Origin: Thermoanaerobaculia bacterium
Lineage (GTDB): Bacteria > Acidobacteriota > Thermoanaerobaculia > Multivoradales > JAIOJS01
Assembly: GCA_019911795.1 (NCBI GenBank)
Contig: JAIOJS010000312.1
Span: 3,864 to 67,863, forward strand
Direction of reading: 5' to 3'
DNA: 64,000 nt
A program made the translations under genes and the position numbers. The notes beneath the pieces were generated by a model. It worked only from the letters and a program-made list of their open reading frames with translations. It ran no database searches and was not told the origin of the DNA. Shown here one piece after another: positions 18,769-28,173 of this stretch; positions within the stretch are counted from its first letter, which is position 1, and each line of letters begins with the position of its first letter.

Positions 18769-21700
18769 GGTTTGGTCACTTCTTCATCGATCGCCCGCGC
18801 TTCGCCGCGGTGATCTCGATCCTCATCGTCATGGTCGGAGGTTTGGCCTACTTTCAGCTTCCGATCACGCAGTACCCGGAGATCTCACCGCCGACGGTAC
18901 AGGTGAATCTAGTCTATCCAGGCGCCACCGCCGAGACGGTGTCCGAGACCGTCGCGGGTCCGATCGAGCAGGCTATCAACGGGGTCGAGGGGATGCTCTA
19001 TCTGAACTCCTCGGCGACGGCAGATGGTGCGCTGAGCATCTCCGTCGTGTTCGAGCTCGGGACCGATCTCGACACCGCCCAGATCCTGGTCCAGAACCGC
19101 ATCGCCGGGGTCGAGCCACGTCTCCCGGAAGAGGTCCGCCGCCTCGGTATCGCGGTGAGCAAGAGTTCCGCCGACTTCCTGATGGTGGTCCATCTGTTGT
19201 CGCCAGACGAAGTCTTCGACGAGCTCTACATCAGCAACTATGCGCTGCTGCGGGTGGCTGATTCCCTGCGTCGGATTCGCGGTGTAGGACAGCTGATCGT
19301 GTTCGGCGCCCGAGAGTACGGCATGCGGATCTGGCTCGATCCGGAACGTCTCGCGGCGCACGGGTTGACTGCGGGAGAGGTCGTTTCGGCCCTCCGCGCC
19401 CAGAACGTCCAGGTTTCTGCGGGTACCCTGGGCCAGCCACCGATGCCTCTCGGCAATGCCTTCCAGTTTACGGTGGGAGCACAGGGGCGGTTCGAAACGG
19501 TCGAGGAGTTCGAACAGGTGATCGTCAAGTCGGGTGAAGAAGGCCGGTTGACCCGAGTGGTGGACGTGGCCCGGGTAGAACTCGGGGCGCAGGACTACGT
19601 GCGCAACAGCTACCTCAATGGCCAGCAGGCCGCGGGAGTGGGTATCTTCCAGCGCCCCGGGAGCAATGCGCTCGCTACCGCCAAGGAGCTGCGCGAGACG
19701 ATCGCCGAACTCTCCAAGGATTTTCCCAAGGGGCTCGAGTACCGCATCGCCTACGACCCCACCGTTTTCGTGGAAGAGTCGGTGACTGCCCTCAATCACA
19801 CCATCTTTGAGGCCATTGCTCTCGTGGTGCTGGTCATAGTCCTCTTCCTGCAATCATGGAGGGCTGCAGTGATTCCCATCGTGGCCATTCCGGTCTCGCT
19901 GATCGGCACCTTTGCCGTCATGCAGGTCTTCGGCTTTTCACTCAACAGCCTGTCGCTCTTCGGTTTGGTCCTGGCCATTGGGATCGTCGTCGACGACGCC
20001 ATCGTGGTGGTGGAAGACATGGAGCGCAATCTGGAACGCGGGATGGAGTCGTGGCAGGCGGCCCGCCAGACCATGACCGAGGTCGGCTCGGCGCTGGTGT
20101 CGATGGCGTTGGTGTTGGTGGCCGTCTTCGTGCCGACGATCTTCCTCGGCGGTATCTCGGGACAGTTCTTCCGCCAGTTCGGCGTGACGGTGGCGGTGGC
20201 GACGGTGATCTCGGCCTTCAACTCTTTGACGCTCTCGCCCGCGCTCGGGGCGCTCTTGCTCCGCAGCCGCGAGAAGGCGGAGGACGGTTGGTTCGGACGG
20301 CTGTGGAACCGGGTTCTGGGTGGCCTATTCGGTGTTTTCAATCGTGGCTTCGAGCGCTTTAATCATGGTTACGGACGCACCATCCGTCGGATGCTGGGAC
20401 GCCCGGTGCTCGCGGTGTTCATCTTCCTCGTCCTCATCGCGGTGGGCGCCCTCCTCTTTACTGTCGCGCCGGCTGGGTTCATTCCCCACCAGGACCAAGG
20501 CTTTCTCATCGTAGCGGCCAGTCTGCCGCCCGCCTCCTCCTTGCAGCGCACAGACGCAGTCGTCCTCGAGGCGGATGCGCTCCTGCGTGCGCAGGAGGGG
20601 ATCAGCGACGTGGTGGGGATCGTCGGCTTCTCGGGAGCTACGTTCGCGACGGCATCCAACGCTGCGGCGATGTTCGTACTCCTGGATCCCATCGAGGAGC
20701 GGGGCAAGGAACTCTCCTCGACGAACCTCGCTCAGAGTCTGCAAGGCGTGCTCTCGCAGATTCGCGAAGCCCAGTTCTTCGTCATCGACCCGCCGCCGGT
20801 TCGCGGTCTCGGTGTCGGTGGTGGTTTCAAGATGATGGTGCAGGACCGGGCCGGCGGAGAGCTTCCCGCCCTCGAAGCCGCGACCTGGCAGCTGGCGGGA
20901 GCAGCCAACCAGGATCCGCGCATCAGTCAGGCCTTTACCACCTTCAACAATGCTCAGCCGCGGTATTGGGTCGACATCGACCGGGTTCGAGCTCAAGAGA
21001 TGGGGATACCCCTCAGCTCGATCTTCGACACGCTACAGATTCAACTGGGCGCTGCCTACGTCAACGATTTCAACCGATTCGGACGGACCTACCGGGTCAC
21101 CGCCCAGGCCGAGGCCCCTTTTCGACTCGACCCCGAAGACCTCAAGCGTCTCTACGTGCGGAATCGAGACGGTGAGATGGTGCCCTTGGGTTCCCTCGTG
21201 ACGATCCGTCAGGCGACTGGAACCGACCGCGTGGTGCGCTACAACCTTTACACTGCAGCCGAGCTGCAAGGGGCGGCGGCGCCCGGGTTTAGTTCCTCCG
21301 AGGCGATCGCGGCAATGGAGGAGTTGGCCGCGAAGCACCTACCTTCGGGCTACGGTTTCGAGTGGACCGAGATCGCGTTGCAGGAGAAGCTGGCCGGCAA
21401 CAGTGGCTTGTGGATCTTCCCCCTCTCCGTGCTCTTCGTCCTGCTCCTCCTGACCGCACAGTACGAGAGTTGGTCGCTGCCCATCGCGGTCATTCTCATC
21501 GTCCCACTCTGTGTCGTGTTTGCCCTCTTCGGCGTCTGGATCGCGGGCTATGAGAACAACATCCTGACCCAGATCGGTTTCGTGGTCCTCATTGGACTGG
21601 CTTGCAAGAACGCGATTCTGGTCGTGGAGTTCGCGCGTCAGAAGGAGGACCAGGGGATGGGGATCGTCGAGGCGGCGGCCGAAGCGGCTCGACTCCGACT

Positions 21701-21992
21701 ACGGCCGATCCTGATGACGGCGCTGGCCTTCATCCTAGGTGTGGTGCCGCTGGTCCTGGCCACGGGGTCGGGCTTCGAGATGCGACGCAACCTGGGCACA
21801 GCGGTATTCTCCGGGATGATTGGAGTGACTCTGAGTGGTCTCTTCCTCACCCCTGTCTTCTACGTCATCGTGCGCCGATTCGTCGGTGGCGACGGCGGCC
21901 GGGACCCCGGTAGCCGTGACCTCTCCGACCGTGAGACCGATCCAGCCATCGATCCCGAGCTGCTTCCTTCCTCCCCAGGGGTGCGGTCATGA
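18765..21992 (+). CDS. RND efflux permease, HAE1/AcrB family
   Basis: GTG overlaps the upstream stop (GTGA). The N-terminus MRFGHFFIDRPRFAAVISILIVMVGGLAYFQLPITQYPEISPPTVQV matches the canonical AcrB start. The protein is ~1075 aa with 12 TM helices and two large periplasmic loops. Confidence 0.9.
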   Translation: MRFGHFFIDRPRFAAVISILIVMVGGLAYFQLPITQYPEISPPTVQVNLVYPGATAETVSETVAGPIEQAINGVEGMLYLNSSATADGALSISVVFELGTDLDTAQILVQNRIAGVEPRLPEEVRRLGIAVSKSSADFLMVVHLLSPDEVFDELYISNYALLRVADSLRRIRGVGQLIVFGAREYGMRIWLDPERLAAHGLTAGEVVSALRAQNVQVSAGTLGQPPMPLGNAFQFTVGAQGRFETVEEFEQVIVKSGEEGRLTRVVDVARVELGAQDYVRNSYLNGQQAAGVGIFQRPGSNALATAKELRETIAELSKDFPKGLEYRIAYDPTVFVEESVTALNHTIFEAIALVVLVIVLFLQSWRAAVIPIVAIPVSLIGTFAVMQVFGFSLNSLSLFGLVLAIGIVVDDAIVVVEDMERNLERGMESWQAARQTMTEVGSALVSMALVLVAVFVPTIFLGGISGQFFRQFGVTVAVATVISAFNSLTLSPALGALLLRSREKAEDGWFGRLWNRVLGGLFGVFNRGFERFNHGYGRTIRRMLGRPVLAVFIFLVLIAVGALLFTVAPAGFIPHQDQGFLIVAASLPPASSLQRTDAVVLEADALLRAQEGISDVVGIVGFSGATFATASNAAAMFVLLDPIEERGKELSSTNLAQSLQGVLSQIREAQFFVIDPPPVRGLGVGGGFKMMVQDRAGGELPALEAATWQLAGAANQDPRISQAFTTFNNAQPRYWVDIDRVRAQEMGIPLSSIFDTLQIQLGAAYVNDFNRFGRTYRVTAQAEAPFRLDPEDLKRLYVRNRDGEMVPLGSLVTIRQATGTDRVVRYNLYTAAELQGAAAPGFSSSEAIAAMEELAAKHLPSGYGFEWTEIALQEKLAGNSGLWIFPLSVLFVLLLLTAQYESWSLPIAVILIVPLCVVFALFGVWIAGYENNILTQIGFVVLIGLACKNAILVVEFARQKEDQGMGIVEAAAEAARLRLRPILMTALAFILGVVPLVLATGSGFEMRRNLGTAVFSGMIGVTLSGLFLTPVFYVIVRRFVGGDGGRDPGSRDLSDRETDPAIDPELLPSSPGVRS

Positions 21993-23437
21993 GTCGCTTC
22001 GATCTTCGATCCTACGCACAGTTCGCCGCCTGGCCGGCGCCACGAACTCTCCTGGTACCGGTCTTGATGCTGGTCGGCGGCACGGGCTGTGTGGTGGGCC
22101 CCGACTACGAGACCCCAGCGACGACGCAGCCGGTCGTTTATTCGGAGGCCCAGAATCGGGCTGGCTTCGATGCGGCTACGGAGCCCGAAATCGAGTGGTG
22201 GAAGGGTCTCGAGGACCCGGTTCTTGTCGACCTCGTCGAACGAGCCCGACAGAACAACTTCGATCTCGCCGCCAGTGAGGCGCGCCTGCAAGCCGCCCGA
22301 GCCCTCCTCGGACTTCAGAAGTGGCAGCGCTGGCCGGGAGGCTCGGTGTCGGGATCAGTCGAGGAGCGGGACCTTGGCGAGTTCGCCGCCGTCGGCGGTT
22401 CGGATGGCTCGGATACGTACTACTCGGCCGGACTCGATGCCAGCTGGGAGGTCGACCTCTTCGGTCGGATTCGCCGATCGATCGAGGCTCAGGGGGCTAC
22501 CTATGAGGCGGCCGTCAATGACCGTCGCGCCGTCTTCGTTGCGGTGTCGAGCGAGGTGGGAAGGACCTATCTCGAGTTCCGCGGCCTGCAGAGTGCTCTC
22601 GAGGTTGCCCGCCTCACGATCTCCAACGAGGAGGAGAGTCTGGAGATCGTCGAGGCCCTGCAACGAGCCGGACGGGTCACTGACCTGGATGTCGAGCAGT
22701 CGCGCGAGCGGCTCGAGACCACCCGGGCCTTCGTTCCCGACCTGGAGTCGGCGGCGGGACGCGCTCGGCGACGACTTGCGGTGTTGGTGGGAGAGGAGCC
22801 GAGTGCTCTCGATTCTATCCTTACGCCTACCCGAGCCTTGCCTCCGATCCCTGACCGTATCGCTATCGGTGATCCGGCGAGCTTGTTGCGGCGTCGTCCT
22901 GACGTCGTGGCGGCGGAGCGCAGACTCGCCGCCGCGACCGCTCGTATCGGGGTGGCGACGGCGGATCTCTTCCCACGGCTCTCCCTGAACGCCTCCTTCA
23001 GTGCGTTGGCAACCTCACTCGACGACCTCACCAACAGTGGAGCCCAGACAACGCGATTCGGTCCCTTTCTCAGTTGGCCCCTTTTCGATCTCGGACGCGT
23101 TCGCCGCGCCATCGCGGTGACCGAGGCTGATGCCGACGCTCTCGTCGCGGACTATCAGTCCACCGTGCTGCGTAGCCTGGAGGAGACCGAGAACGCCCTG
23201 GAGCGACTCGACAACCATCGACGCCGTCAGGCGCATCGACGGCGAGCCCTAGAGGCCGCGAAGCGCGCTCTCGATCTGGCCAAGCAACGCTACGAGGCGG
23301 GCCTCACCGACTACTTGACCGTGCTCGTGACGGAGGATCGACACCTGGTCGCCGAGGACGCAGTAGTCCGGGGCGCGACCGAGATCGGTACTGCCTACGT
23401 CGCGCTGTACGAAGCCCTGGGAGGGGCCTGGCAGTAG
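21989..23437 (+). CDS. RND efflux outer-membrane factor lipoprotein, NodT family
   Basis: ATG overlaps the upstream stop. Lipobox LVGGTGC is followed by the NodT signature VVGPDY. Two TolC-like repeat halves and the WPLFDLGR motif are present. Confidence 0.8.
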   Translation: MSRFDLRSYAQFAAWPAPRTLLVPVLMLVGGTGCVVGPDYETPATTQPVVYSEAQNRAGFDAATEPEIEWWKGLEDPVLVDLVERARQNNFDLAASEARLQAARALLGLQKWQRWPGGSVSGSVEERDLGEFAAVGGSDGSDTYYSAGLDASWEVDLFGRIRRSIEAQGATYEAAVNDRRAVFVAVSSEVGRTYLEFRGLQSALEVARLTISNEEESLEIVEALQRAGRVTDLDVEQSRERLETTRAFVPDLESAAGRARRRLAVLVGEEPSALDSILTPTRALPPIPDRIAIGDPASLLRRRPDVVAAERRLAAATARIGVATADLFPRLSLNASFSALATSLDDLTNSGAQTTRFGPFLSWPLFDLGRVRRAIAVTEADADALVADYQSTVLRSLEETENALERLDNHRRRQAHRRRALEAAKRALDLAKQRYEAGLTDYLTVLVTEDRHLVAEDAVVRGATEIGTAYVALYEALGGAWQ

Positions 23438-23582
23438 GCGCCGAGAAGTTGGCAGGTCACCGGGCTCCCTCAGGATCTGAGGCGAGGTAGTTTCGGGTGT
23501 AGGGGACGTTCCCGCCACCGTTCCCCGGCGGACACCGTGGCTTTGAGGCCGGTTTCGTCTCCTGTAGACTGCCGTTCGTACA

Positions 23583-24404
23583 ATGGAAGCGAGTAGTCCC
23601 CTCAAGAAAACGACCCCGGCAATCGATGCTGCCCAGAGTCCGCCATCTGGTGTGGTTTTCCTCGCTGCCGGCCGAGGGACTCGCTTGTCGGAGCTCACTG
23701 AAACGACCCATAAGGCTCTCCTTCCAATAGGCGGACAGCCGGTTCTTCAGTATGCCGTCGATCGTGTCCTTGATGCTGGCGTGGAAGATGTCGTCGTTGT
23801 CACTGGGAGCAAAGCGGCGACGCTGGAGGAGTTTCTGCGAGCTAGGTACTCGGACCGAGTCACGCTCGTCTACAACGATCGATTTGCGACCGACACCAAT
23901 ATTCTTTCCACGGAGATCGGTGTCGGTGCCCTGAGACGGCCTGAAGAAGGCTATATGATCATCGAAGCGGACCTGGTGATCGAGCGCGAGGGCTGGTCGC
24001 GAGTTTTGGAGGTTGGTTCTGGGAGTGACTCCTTCTGGGTGACACAGAGCGTCTACGGAGTGAACCGAACCGGGGGAGCCGTGCGAACTGACGTTGCTGG
24101 GAATGTCCGCGACATCGTCTACTCGAACTCCTACAACCCTGCCTACGACGGATGGCGGAAGCTGATGGGTGTTCTCTTCGTGGGACCTAATCAAGTTGCG
24201 AACGATCGACGGCTTAGGCGGGAAGCGATCAGGCGCTCCATTGGACAGTACTACATGATGCCTTGGGTCGAGAACCTTGGCAGTCTTCCCTGCATGGCAA
24301 GGGACCTAGGTGACCTTTTCGCACGTACCTTCAACGATGCCGTCACCTACCAGCAGACAGCGGACGAGGTCAGCGAGTTTGAGAGGCTTGGAATCGCATG
24401 GTAG
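23583..24404 (+). CDS. Sugar/alcohol-phosphate nucleotidyltransferase (LicC-like cytidylyltransferase family)
   Basis: VVFLAAGRGTRLSELTETTHKALLPIGGQPVLQYAVDRVLDAGVEDVVVVTG is the N-terminal NTP_transferase motif (G-x-G-T-R). Confidence 0.6.
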   Translation: MEASSPLKKTTPAIDAAQSPPSGVVFLAAGRGTRLSELTETTHKALLPIGGQPVLQYAVDRVLDAGVEDVVVVTGSKAATLEEFLRARYSDRVTLVYNDRFATDTNILSTEIGVGALRRPEEGYMIIEADLVIEREGWSRVLEVGSGSDSFWVTQSVYGVNRTGGAVRTDVAGNVRDIVYSNSYNPAYDGWRKLMGVLFVGPNQVANDRRLRREAIRRSIGQYYMMPWVENLGSLPCMARDLGDLFARTFNDAVTYQQTADEVSEFERLGIAW

Positions 24405-24790
24405 TCGAGTTGGTCGATCCAGCGTCGCTGAGACACATCGAAGGCTATAGCGTCCGACGCGTGGAGTGGCTTCGGGCCAAGATCCTCGAGGAAGAACTCT
24501 GGACGAAGCCGGTCGCCTTGGACACCGACCACAATTTGGTCTTGGATGGTCAGCATCGGATGGAGGTAGCACTCTCGCTCGGCTTGAGTCGCCTCCCCGC
24601 CGTCAGATTCAACTACGCGAGCGTTGAAGTCTGGAGTCTCAGGCCGAAAAAGTACTCCTTTGGCTGGGACGACGTCGTCAGGCGGGTGTTAGGGGGAGAG
24701 ATCTATCCCTACAAGACGGTCAAGCATCGTTTCCCAGTGGAACTGCCTGCTTGTAGCTTCAGTCTCGAGGAGCTCCGTCGTGAAAGTTGA
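24398..24790 (+). CDS. ParB/sulfiredoxin-fold (ParB-like nuclease domain) small protein; candidate small-molecule kinase or CTP-binding protein
   Basis: The core is ALDTDHNLVLDGQHRMEVALSLGLSRLPAVRF (ParB N-domain 'DGxHR' box). It is 130 aa and has no HTH or dimerisation domain. It overlaps the upstream gene by 7 nt. Confidence 0.45.
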   Translation: MVVELVDPASLRHIEGYSVRRVEWLRAKILEEELWTKPVALDTDHNLVLDGQHRMEVALSLGLSRLPAVRFNYASVEVWSLRPKKYSFGWDDVVRRVLGGEIYPYKTVKHRFPVELPACSFSLEELRRES

Positions 24791-25445
24791 TCAGGCGATC
24801 ATCTTGGCCGCAGGTCGGGGGCACCAGGTGGACGGAATGGCCAAGGTCCTGATTCGACACCCCCGGACTGGACAGACCATTCTTGACCATGCTCGGGCAG
24901 CCTTCGGAGCCAAGAAGATCATCGTGGTGGTCGGGTATCGGGCTATCGAGGTCATGGAATCGGCGCCGGATCTCGAGTTTGTCGTCAACCGTGATTGGGC
25001 GCTGACGAACAATGCCATGAGCTTGGGGCTCGCACTGACGGATGAGCCGACCTATGTGGTGTCCGGTGACATCTTCTTTGGGAAGGACTTGATCGAGCAC
25101 CTCGACCACGGGCAGGATGATTTGGTCCTTACAGACGCCCGCGAGAACAGAACCTTGACCGCGGTCCATTGCGTTTTGCGAGGAGACGGAACCATTTCCG
25201 AGTCGTATCAGGGGCCAGTGCGGGATCCGAAGCATCCCGAGGCAGTGGGGCTCTTCAAGATCTCGGACCCGGACCTTCTTCGGCGTTGGAAACGCCTATG
25301 CATCGCCCATGGGAATCTCTTCGTAGGTCAGACCCTCCCGTGTGACGGTGCCCCGGTTCACTCGGCGTCGAAAGGTGGATACGAGTTCAATGAGATCAAC
25401 ACCCCGACGGACTACTTGCGACTGATGGAGCAGAGTAGAGAGTGA
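24780..25445 (+). CDS. Nucleotidyltransferase (MobA/LicC-like), second copy
   Basis: AIILAAGRGHQV...KVLIRHPRTGQTILDHA...KIIVVVGY matches the NTP_transferase N-terminal motif. It is paralogous to 23583..24404 and overlaps upstream by 11 nt. Confidence 0.55.
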   Translation: MKVDQAIILAAGRGHQVDGMAKVLIRHPRTGQTILDHARAAFGAKKIIVVVGYRAIEVMESAPDLEFVVNRDWALTNNAMSLGLALTDEPTYVVSGDIFFGKDLIEHLDHGQDDLVLTDARENRTLTAVHCVLRGDGTISESYQGPVRDPKHPEAVGLFKISDPDLLRRWKRLCIAHGNLFVGQTLPCDGAPVHSASKGGYEFNEINTPTDYLRLMEQSRE

Positions 25446-26674
25446 TTCGCTCGTTGACGATCGGCCTGCCTCTCGACGTCCTGTCGACGACCGAGATCGA
25501 AAGAACAGTCAAGGAGCTGCTGGGGGTAGCACGTAGGGAGTTCGACCAAAACTCCGTTTCGCCCCGTACGGTTCGCTTTACGCTTCCACCGAGCGGCAAG
25601 GACGGAGAGACCGACGGCGCTTTACTGTCTCGGCTCCGCTGGGTCGATGAGCTGGCCGCGAGCGAAGGGATTCGCTGGTTCTGCTGCCCAGTCGACCTTG
25701 TATCGGCCGGTTCTCCGAAGGTCCGATTGCCGGCTATTCTCGACGGGATTCTCCGCTTCGACCGAATGTTCGCGAATCTCATCCTTGCCCAGGATGGCCG
25801 GATTGCGGTCAATGCACTCTACGAGGCTGCGAAACTCGTTTTGAATCTCTCGCGGAAGAGCAACAATGGCTTCGATAATTTCCGACTGGGAGCCTCTTTC
25901 AACTGTCCCGCGAATGCACCGTTTTTTCCCTTCTCCAGGCATGAAGGGGGCAGGGTTTCGTTCAGTTTTGCACTCGAGACCACCCAGCTGGCTCACCAGA
26001 TCCTGGATGCGATGGGCGAACCTCCCGAACCGGCCTTAGCTAGAGATCGACTGGTGGAGGGGTTGGTACCCTCTTTGGCGCTTGTCGACGAACTTGGCCA
26101 AAGGACTGCGGAGGCTTCGTGCACAGAGTACAAAGGCCTCGATGCTTCACTGGCTCCGATGCCGGTCGATGATGTCTCGGTGGCGGGCCTCGTGGAGCGC
26201 TTGACCGGAGTTCCCGTAGGCAGCCATTCGACCCTGTTCGCGACCGCACTCCTTACTGATTCTCTGCGCACCGCGCTCGCCCAGAGTGGTGTTGCATCCG
26301 TCGGATTCAACGGTGTCATGTATTCCCTGCTCGAGGACCCTGTTCTGGCCGCCGCCAACAACAAGCGCCTCATTACGGTCGACACTCTCCACGCACTATC
26401 GTCCGTCTGTGCTTGCGGCTTAGACATGATCCCCGTGCCTGGGCTTTCCTTCCCGGAAGAGATCAGCGCTCTGATGCTGGACACCGCCGCCCTGTCGAGT
26501 GCCTTGCGAAAGCCACTCGGGGTTAGGTTGTTGCCTATTCCCCAGGGCCACGTGAACGAGTACACGAAATTCAATCTCGACTTCCTCTGCGATAGTCGGA
26601 TCGTGGGTTTGACGTCCAATGACCGACGCATCGCGACTGCGGAGGATCTTTTGGAGTTCCATACACCTCGCTGA
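25442..26674 (+). CDS. Conserved hypothetical protein, possibly UPF0210/DUF711-like
   Basis: The N-terminus MIRSLTIGLPLDVL resembles the 'IRTITMGI' start of UPF0210 proteins, and the ~410 aa length fits. There are no other recognisable catalytic motifs. The gene is translationally coupled (ATGA/GTGA overlaps) on both sides. Confidence 0.3.
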   Translation: MIRSLTIGLPLDVLSTTEIERTVKELLGVARREFDQNSVSPRTVRFTLPPSGKDGETDGALLSRLRWVDELAASEGIRWFCCPVDLVSAGSPKVRLPAILDGILRFDRMFANLILAQDGRIAVNALYEAAKLVLNLSRKSNNGFDNFRLGASFNCPANAPFFPFSRHEGGRVSFSFALETTQLAHQILDAMGEPPEPALARDRLVEGLVPSLALVDELGQRTAEASCTEYKGLDASLAPMPVDDVSVAGLVERLTGVPVGSHSTLFATALLTDSLRTALAQSGVASVGFNGVMYSLLEDPVLAAANNKRLITVDTLHALSSVCACGLDMIPVPGLSFPEEISALMLDTAALSSALRKPLGVRLLPIPQGHVNEYTKFNLDFLCDSRIVGLTSNDRRIATAEDLLEFHTPR

Positions 26675-26698
26675 AGCGGTTATCCGACTGGAGGGTCC

Positions 26699-27406
26699 AT
26701 GATCGACAAAGAGAAGGTCAAGGCGTTTTGGGACGCTAGGGCTAGAAAATACGGGGCCGTCCCCTACGACAGCATCGCAAATCTGGAGCAGGATGCCGAT
26801 AGCCTTGCTCTCAAGGTGGAACTGGAGACAGAGAAGGTCTTCGAGTTTCTGGGCTCGGTGGAGTCGAAGACAGTACTAGACCTAGGAGCGGGTGTCGGAC
26901 AGTGGTCCTTTCGATTCGTCGACCGTGGTGCCAAGGAAGTCTTGGCGGTGGAGTACTCCGCGGAACTTGCTGCGATCGGCCAATCAGAGGTCGAGGCAAG
27001 AGGAGTCTCGAACGTTCGCTTCGTAGTCAGCCCGGCCGAGCGCTTCTCGACGGACAGGACCTTCGACGTTGTCTTCATCTCGGGGCTCTTCGTCTATCTA
27101 ACGGACGACCAAGCCGACGAAGTCCTGAGCCGCTTGCCCGGGGTCTGTCATCCGGACACCATCGTGCTCCTTCGCGATGGCACCGGACTGGAGACTCGAC
27201 ACGAGATTGACGACCGTCTTTCGGGTCACCTGCAGACTCGTTACTCAGCAACCTATCGAACCGCTGCGGTGTACGAGAGACTGTTCGCGGACCATGGCTT
27301 TCGCCTCCTTCGGAGCGAGAACATGTTTGCCGAAGGATGCGTACTCAACAAGTATCCTGAAACTCGTCTCCGGATCTATGAGTTTTCTCTGGGTGGCAGC
27401 GATTGA
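26699..27406 (+). CDS. Class I SAM-dependent methyltransferase
   Basis: Motif I is VLDLGAGVGQWSFRFVDRGAKEVLAVEYS. It is followed by DVVFISGLFVYL and the ~235 aa length is typical of small-molecule methyltransferases. Confidence 0.6.
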   Translation: MIDKEKVKAFWDARARKYGAVPYDSIANLEQDADSLALKVELETEKVFEFLGSVESKTVLDLGAGVGQWSFRFVDRGAKEVLAVEYSAELAAIGQSEVEARGVSNVRFVVSPAERFSTDRTFDVVFISGLFVYLTDDQADEVLSRLPGVCHPDTIVLLRDGTGLETRHEIDDRLSGHLQTRYSATYRTAAVYERLFADHGFRLLRSENMFAEGCVLNKYPETRLRIYEFSLGGSD

Positions 27407-28173
27407 GTCCTAAGATTCTACCGGTCCACTCAGGGGTTGAGTGGCCGCTCAGCGAAGGTACTCTCGGGGTGGTGGGGGTGGCCCCTTGGGCAACCATCGA
27501 GTTCTGTCGCGTGCTGTATGGCGGCGTTCGAGCCTCGAAGGACTGGTGCTACCCCAGGGTCTTGATCGATATCAACACCAAAATCCCAAGCCGTGGGCGT
27601 CACCTGCAGCTCGGTGAGACGGATCCGTCGGCTGCGATCGCTGCCACCATCGAGGAGCTCGCCAGTCAGGGCGCCACGCTCGCTGTGGTCGTCTGCAATA
27701 CCGCCCATATTCTGTTTGATGGCTGGGGTAGGTCAGCGTCGATTCCGGTCCTCAATATCATCGACGAAACAGTTTCTGCCGCCCGAAGCCACGGAGCGCG
27801 GAAGGTCACCCCACTGGTATCGACGTCCCTGGCCAAGGCTGACCTGTACGGAAGTGCGGTGGAGTCTGTTGGACTGGAATGTACCCGCCTCGGTTCGGAG
27901 GACCAGGAGTTGGTTGGCGAGGTTATCGAGCAGATCAAGATTGAGGGCCAGATGGACAGCATCGTGACGGACCGGGTACGGGCCTTGTTGGAAGCGCTAC
28001 GTCTCCGGGGCGTTGACACGGTCCTTGGGGGATGTACTGAACTCTCCTCGCTCGGAGTCCATTGCCAGGATCTCGGGTTGGAGTTTGTCGACTCGAATGC
28101 CGCCTTGGCGAGATCGGCGCTGGCAGGGATCGGAGTCTCCACCGAGGGGACTTGTCTCGATCCTTCCTCCTAG
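27403..28173 (+). CDS. Asp/Glu/hydantoin racemase-family amino-acid racemase
   Basis: LGVVGVAPWATIEF (GGMGP-type N-motif), VVCNTAHILF (first catalytic Cys motif 'CNTAH') and VLGGCTELSSLG (second catalytic Cys motif 'GCTE'). Confidence 0.7.
   Translation: MSPKILPVHSGVEWPLSEGTLGVVGVAPWATIEFCRVLYGGVRASKDWCYPRVLIDINTKIPSRGRHLQLGETDPSAAIAATIEELASQGATLAVVVCNTAHILFDGWGRSASIPVLNIIDETVSAARSHGARKVTPLVSTSLAKADLYGSAVESVGLECTRLGSEDQELVGEVIEQIKIEGQMDSIVTDRVRALLEALRLRGVDTVLGGCTELSSLGVHCQDLGLEFVDSNAALARSALAGIGVSTEGTCLDPSS

Noticed and set aside
17320-21553. Multiple minus-strand ORFs (for example 17320..18354, 18909..19853, 19796..20341, 20325..20996) across the efflux operon
   Set aside because: They are antisense shadow ORFs within well-supported MFP/RND coding sequences. 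Their products lack motifs and are Arg/Pro/Ser-rich.
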